From Thiotrichales bacterium (lineage in GTDB: Bacteria > Pseudomonadota > Gammaproteobacteria > SZUA-229): 59,361 bases of DNA. Numbering within the stretch: position 1 is the stretch's first letter; every line of letters starts with the position of its first letter. Location of the stretch: the NCBI GenBank assembly GCA_020341835.1, contig CP070838.1:1884143-1943503 (forward strand), read 5' to 3'. The notes beneath the pieces were generated by a model. That model had not been told where the DNA came from and made no database searches. It saw only the letters and a list, made by a program, of their open reading frames with translations. This document shows positions 56,229 to 59,361 of the stretch, one piece after another. Made by a program: the position numbers and the translations under genes.

Positions 56229-57119
56229 ATGTTTTCGAGGTTGTTACTGTCCTGCATGATATTTTCCGTCGCGCTGCCGGTATTCGCCGGGCAGCCCGCT
56301 GAACAGGCATCACCCGCGGCCTCACCTGAATCAGCCGGGACGGCAAAGCAGCCGTCGCAACAGCAAATCGAACAGCAAAAAGCGCGGTATGAACGCCAGC
56401 GCGCCAAGCTCGAAGGCAAGCTCAGGGTCGAGCAGGTGCTGCTGAAAGGCACCGGTGAGAAAGGCGTCGAGATCGAGATCAGTTACCGCATCGTCGACGT
56501 CGAGGGTTATGCAGCGCATCCAAAAACAACATTTATCGCCGACGAGGCCAGTAGCAGACTGGTGCCGATGACCAGGTTGCACAAGTTATTCACCCCGTTG
56601 CCGGCAGAGGAAGCCGAAAAGCTATCGCCGGCAAGCCTGACCATCTGGGACAAGGAAGGCGTCATCAAGCCTGGGCAGCCGGTGACCGTGGTCGTGGCTG
56701 GCTATGGACAGAAGCACCTGATTCCGGTGGCCGGCCCCGACTATGATCCGGAAGCCGTAGCAACCCTGAGCATTACCAGGCCTAACCCGAAACTGGTGGC
56801 GCCCGATGCGGCGCTCATGGTGAGTGAGGTCAGGGTAATTGCAGATGGGCATCTGATCAGGGTGAACTACAGCAGTAAGGGCATCAAGCAACTGGATGCT
56901 TCCCCGGAGCAGACCTACGTCGAAAATCCGGAGACCGGTGAACGCCACCCGATCGCCAAGGTGCCGCGCATCGGTGCACTGGCGCCGAAGGATATTGAAG
57001 GCAAAACCGGCACCTACATGGTGATCGATAATGCCGGCGAACGAATCAAACCGGGGCAGAAGGTGCACGTGGTCGTATCAGGCGTGCGTGCGGAAAATGT
57101 ACCAGTAACAGGAGAATAA
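56229..57119 (+). CDS. Secreted protein of unknown function with an internal tandem duplication
   Basis: Signal peptide MFSRLLLSCMIFSVALPVFAG, a Q/A/P-rich linker, then two ~100-aa repeats (residues 65-169 and 196-296). Both end in IKPGQxVxVVVxG....PVxG. Confidence 0.6.
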   Translation: MFSRLLLSCMIFSVALPVFAGQPAEQASPAASPESAGTAKQPSQQQIEQQKARYERQRAKLEGKLRVEQVLLKGTGEKGVEIEISYRIVDVEGYAAHPKTTFIADEASSRLVPMTRLHKLFTPLPAEEAEKLSPASLTIWDKEGVIKPGQPVTVVVAGYGQKHLIPVAGPDYDPEAVATLSITRPNPKLVAPDAALMVSEVRVIADGHLIRVNYSSKGIKQLDASPEQTYVENPETGERHPIAKVPRIGALAPKDIEGKTGTYMVIDNAGERIKPGQKVHVVVSGVRAENVPVTGE

Positions 57120-57122
57120 GCA

Positions 57123-57689
57123 ATGCGGTTACGCGAGTTATCCATGGGCCTGTTGTTTGCATTACTGACAGGGATGGCCGGTGTGTTGCCGGCTGCCGAA
57201 GACGTGCCGCTGCACGAGTGGGGCGATCATAAGAAAGAGGAGCTCTACGAGGGCGCCATCACGATAGAGGCTGCTGATGGCTCCCGCAAGGTAATGAAGA
57301 CGCTAGGCGGTCCGCTGGGTAAGGAAGTCGTCGATGGGATCGAAGTGGGTCTGTTTGTATTGCAGGCATCCAATCCCGAGCGCCTGAAACCGGGAGCAGA
57401 GGGTCCCACCCATATCTTCAACGTGACTTTTATGGATGAAGGCGGCAGCAAGCTGATTACAGATGCACTCGGGGCGGTTATTATCGATAGAACAGGGGCC
57501 GAAACACAACGCAAGTCTTTCCGGCTGACGGGAAAGCATCACCAGGCACAGGTACGACTCGAGGGAAAGGGTGAATACCAGGTCAGCGTCGAATTCGTCA
57601 CCGGCAGCCACAAGGGTAAAACGCAGTCCATGCTGTTCAACTATACCGGTGAGTTCATGTTCCCCGGTCACGATCACCATAATCATTAA
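57123..57689 (+). CDS. Secreted protein of unknown function with a C-terminal His-rich tail
   Basis: Signal peptide ...LLTGMAGVLPAAED, a beta-rich core, and the C-terminus FPGHDHHNH. It starts 3 nt after the previous gene and ends 5 nt before cusB. Confidence 0.6.
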   Translation: MRLRELSMGLLFALLTGMAGVLPAAEDVPLHEWGDHKKEELYEGAITIEAADGSRKVMKTLGGPLGKEVVDGIEVGLFVLQASNPERLKPGAEGPTHIFNVTFMDEGGSKLITDALGAVIIDRTGAETQRKSFRLTGKHHQAQVRLEGKGEYQVSVEFVTGSHKGKTQSMLFNYTGEFMFPGHDHHNH

Positions 57690-57694
57690 GTCAT

Positions 57695-58837
57695 ATGATG
57701 AGGTTGCTGACACTCGCGCTGGTCCTGGTTATCGCTGTGGCAGCAGGTGTGTTTATCGAACATCGGTACAATCTTTTCGATCAGCTGGGCACGGGCGTTC
57801 CTGTACCTGTTGAAGCTGAAGAAAGCAGTCTCGAACACGCAGTCAAACACCTGGATCCTGATTATGTCTGCCCGATGCACCCGCAGGTGGTGCGGGAAAT
57901 CCCCGGTAGCTGCCCGATTTGTGGTATGGACCTGGTACTGGTCGAACACGATGCCGGCGATGGTGAGCTGCCGGCAGTCAGTATTTCGCCAGAAATGGTC
58001 CATAACCTTGGAGTTCGTACTGCAGATGCGCAGCGGCGCACACTGTGGCGTCGCATCGATACTGTCGGCTATGTCGAATATAATCGCCACAAGTTGAGGC
58101 ATGTTTACTCTTCAGCTGAAGGTAATGTCGTCGGCTTGACCATCCGTTCGGAAGGCGAACGTGTGGAAAAAGGCCAGTTCCTGTTCGAATTGCAGTCCCC
58201 GCGCATGTCGAAACGTTTTGGCGATGTTTACGCCGAGCAGGGTGGTATCGTTTCCGACCTTAAAGCAATCGAAGGTACCTGGATGCTGCCGACTGATATC
58301 GTCATGACCATCGGTGACCTGTCATCCGTCTGGGTGCTGGCCGATGTGTTCGAGAGTGAGGCCGGTTGGGTCAAGCAGGGACAGAGCGCCGAGGTACGTC
58401 TGCCATCGGTACCGGACCGCATGTGGGAGGGTACAGTCGAATACATTTACCCCAACCTGGATCCCGAAACCCGTACGCTAAAGGTGCGCATGAGCTTCGA
58501 AAACAAGGATGAAATGCTCAAGCCGAATATGCTCGCCGAAGTCACCATCTATGGCGGGCCCAGGCACGACGTGCTGGCAGTACCGCGTGAGGCGCTGATC
58601 GAGACCGGCAAGCAGCAGCGGCTGGTGATCGACCTGGGGGATGGTCGTTTCCAGCCACGCAAGGTAACCGTTGGTGATGAGCGTGGCAACTGGGTGGAGA
58701 TCAGTGATGGGCTCGAGGAAAACGAGCGGGTGGTCATCTCCGGCCAGTTCCTTATCGATTCGGAGTCCAGCCTGCAGGCAAGTCTGTCTCACTTCGAAGG
58801 GCCTGACGACCACGACGAACATCGCGCACAAGAATAG
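57695..58837 (+). CDS. cusB: RND efflux periplasmic adaptor, CusB-like, with N-terminal heavy-metal-binding Cys motif
   Basis: 380 aa with YVCPMHPQVVREIPGSCPICGMDLV (HMBD-type motif), membrane-fusion-protein barrel/lipoyl regions, and an acidic/His C-terminus (PDDHDEH). Confidence 0.85.
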   Translation: MMRLLTLALVLVIAVAAGVFIEHRYNLFDQLGTGVPVPVEAEESSLEHAVKHLDPDYVCPMHPQVVREIPGSCPICGMDLVLVEHDAGDGELPAVSISPEMVHNLGVRTADAQRRTLWRRIDTVGYVEYNRHKLRHVYSSAEGNVVGLTIRSEGERVEKGQFLFELQSPRMSKRFGDVYAEQGGIVSDLKAIEGTWMLPTDIVMTIGDLSSVWVLADVFESEAGWVKQGQSAEVRLPSVPDRMWEGTVEYIYPNLDPETRTLKVRMSFENKDEMLKPNMLAEVTIYGGPRHDVLAVPREALIETGKQQRLVIDLGDGRFQPRKVTVGDERGNWVEISDGLEENERVVISGQFLIDSESSLQASLSHFEGPDDHDEHRAQE

Positions 58838-58853
58838 CTACGGCGGCTTCTGA

Positions 58854-59361
58854 ATGATTGCCAACCTGATACGATGGTCGTTACAAAATCGACTGCTGAT
58901 TCTGCTACTCAGCCTGTTGCTCGCTGGTTGGGGTATACACGCCCTGCGCAACACGCCAGTCGATGCGATACCCGACCTGTCTGATGTTCAGGTGATCATC
59001 AAGACCAGCTACCCGGGCCAGGCGCCACGCGTAGTCGAGTCCCAGGTCACGTATCCGATCACCACCGCAATGCTCGCCGTACCCGGTGCTACCGCGGTTC
59101 GAGGTTATTCCTATTTCGGCGACTCCTATATATATGTATTGTTCGAAGATGGCACCGACCTGTACTGGGCGCGCTCGCGGGTACTTGAATATCTATCCCA
59201 GATTTCCGCACAGCTGCCCGAAGGTGTGCAGCCAACGCTGGGGCCGGATGCGACCGGCGTTGGTTGGGTCTACCAGTATGCCCTGGTGGACCGTAGTGGC
59301 CGACACGATCTTAGCGAGCTACGCTCCATCCAGGACTGGTTCCTCAGGTATGAATTGCAGA
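58854..59361 (+). CDS. cusA: Heavy-metal RND efflux pump CusA/CzcA family, N-terminal part (runs off the window)
   Basis: My translation from the ATG at 58854 is [73 protein letters not shown]..., the canonical CusA N-terminus. Confidence 0.92.
   Translation, partial: MIANLIRWSLQNRLLILLLSLLLAGWGIHALRNTPVDAIPDLSDVQVIIKTSYPGQAPRVVESQVTYPITTAMLAVPGATAVRGYSYFGDSYIYVLFEDGTDLYWARSRVLEYLSQISAQLPEGVQPTLGPDATGVGWVYQYALVDRSGRHDLSELRSIQDWFLRYELQ

Overview
This 59.4-kb window looks like the origin-proximal chromosome of a gammaproteobacterium, with Pseudomonas-like synteny. All calls rest on motifs I recognise and on gene order, because no database search was possible.

The conserved backbone has three blocks:
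- yidC-yidD-rnpA-rpmH on the minus strand, followed by dnaA-dnaN-recF-gyrB.
- ubiD, an AsmA-like gene, terC, tamAB, then an accessory stretch described below.
- mscK-like/nhaA, cls, hemD-hemY, algZ-algR, argH, lptM-lysA-(rhodanese)-dapF-DUF484-xerC, yaaA and hslVU.

I saw no rRNA, tRNA, CRISPR array, transposase or phage genes.

Notable non-housekeeping content:
1. There are six perfect DnaA boxes in three intergenic clusters. One is an origin-like module between dnaA and dnaN.
2. A decayed PstS-like gene lies downstream of gyrB.
3. A minus-strand trio of predicted exported lipoproteins sits at 19.7-23.8 kb: a SYLF-like protein, a phospholipase D, and a metallophosphoesterase::Cys-phosphatase fusion.
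4. A DUF3604 gene, a putative outer-membrane barrel and a lipoprotein form a small cluster, preceded by a relic of a second DUF3604 copy.
5. Several dispersed repeat families are present. These include four copies of a ~205-222 bp MITE-like element with 30-bp terminal inverted repeats, and a 24-nt REP.
6. My best candidate for an undescribed system is a copper-type cluster at 54.1-59.4 kb. It comprises a near-consensus sigma-54 promoter with an upstream palindrome, a multicopper oxidase with type-C two-domain motif order, a strong terminator, two uncharacterised secreted proteins, and CusB/CusA without a preceding outer-membrane factor.
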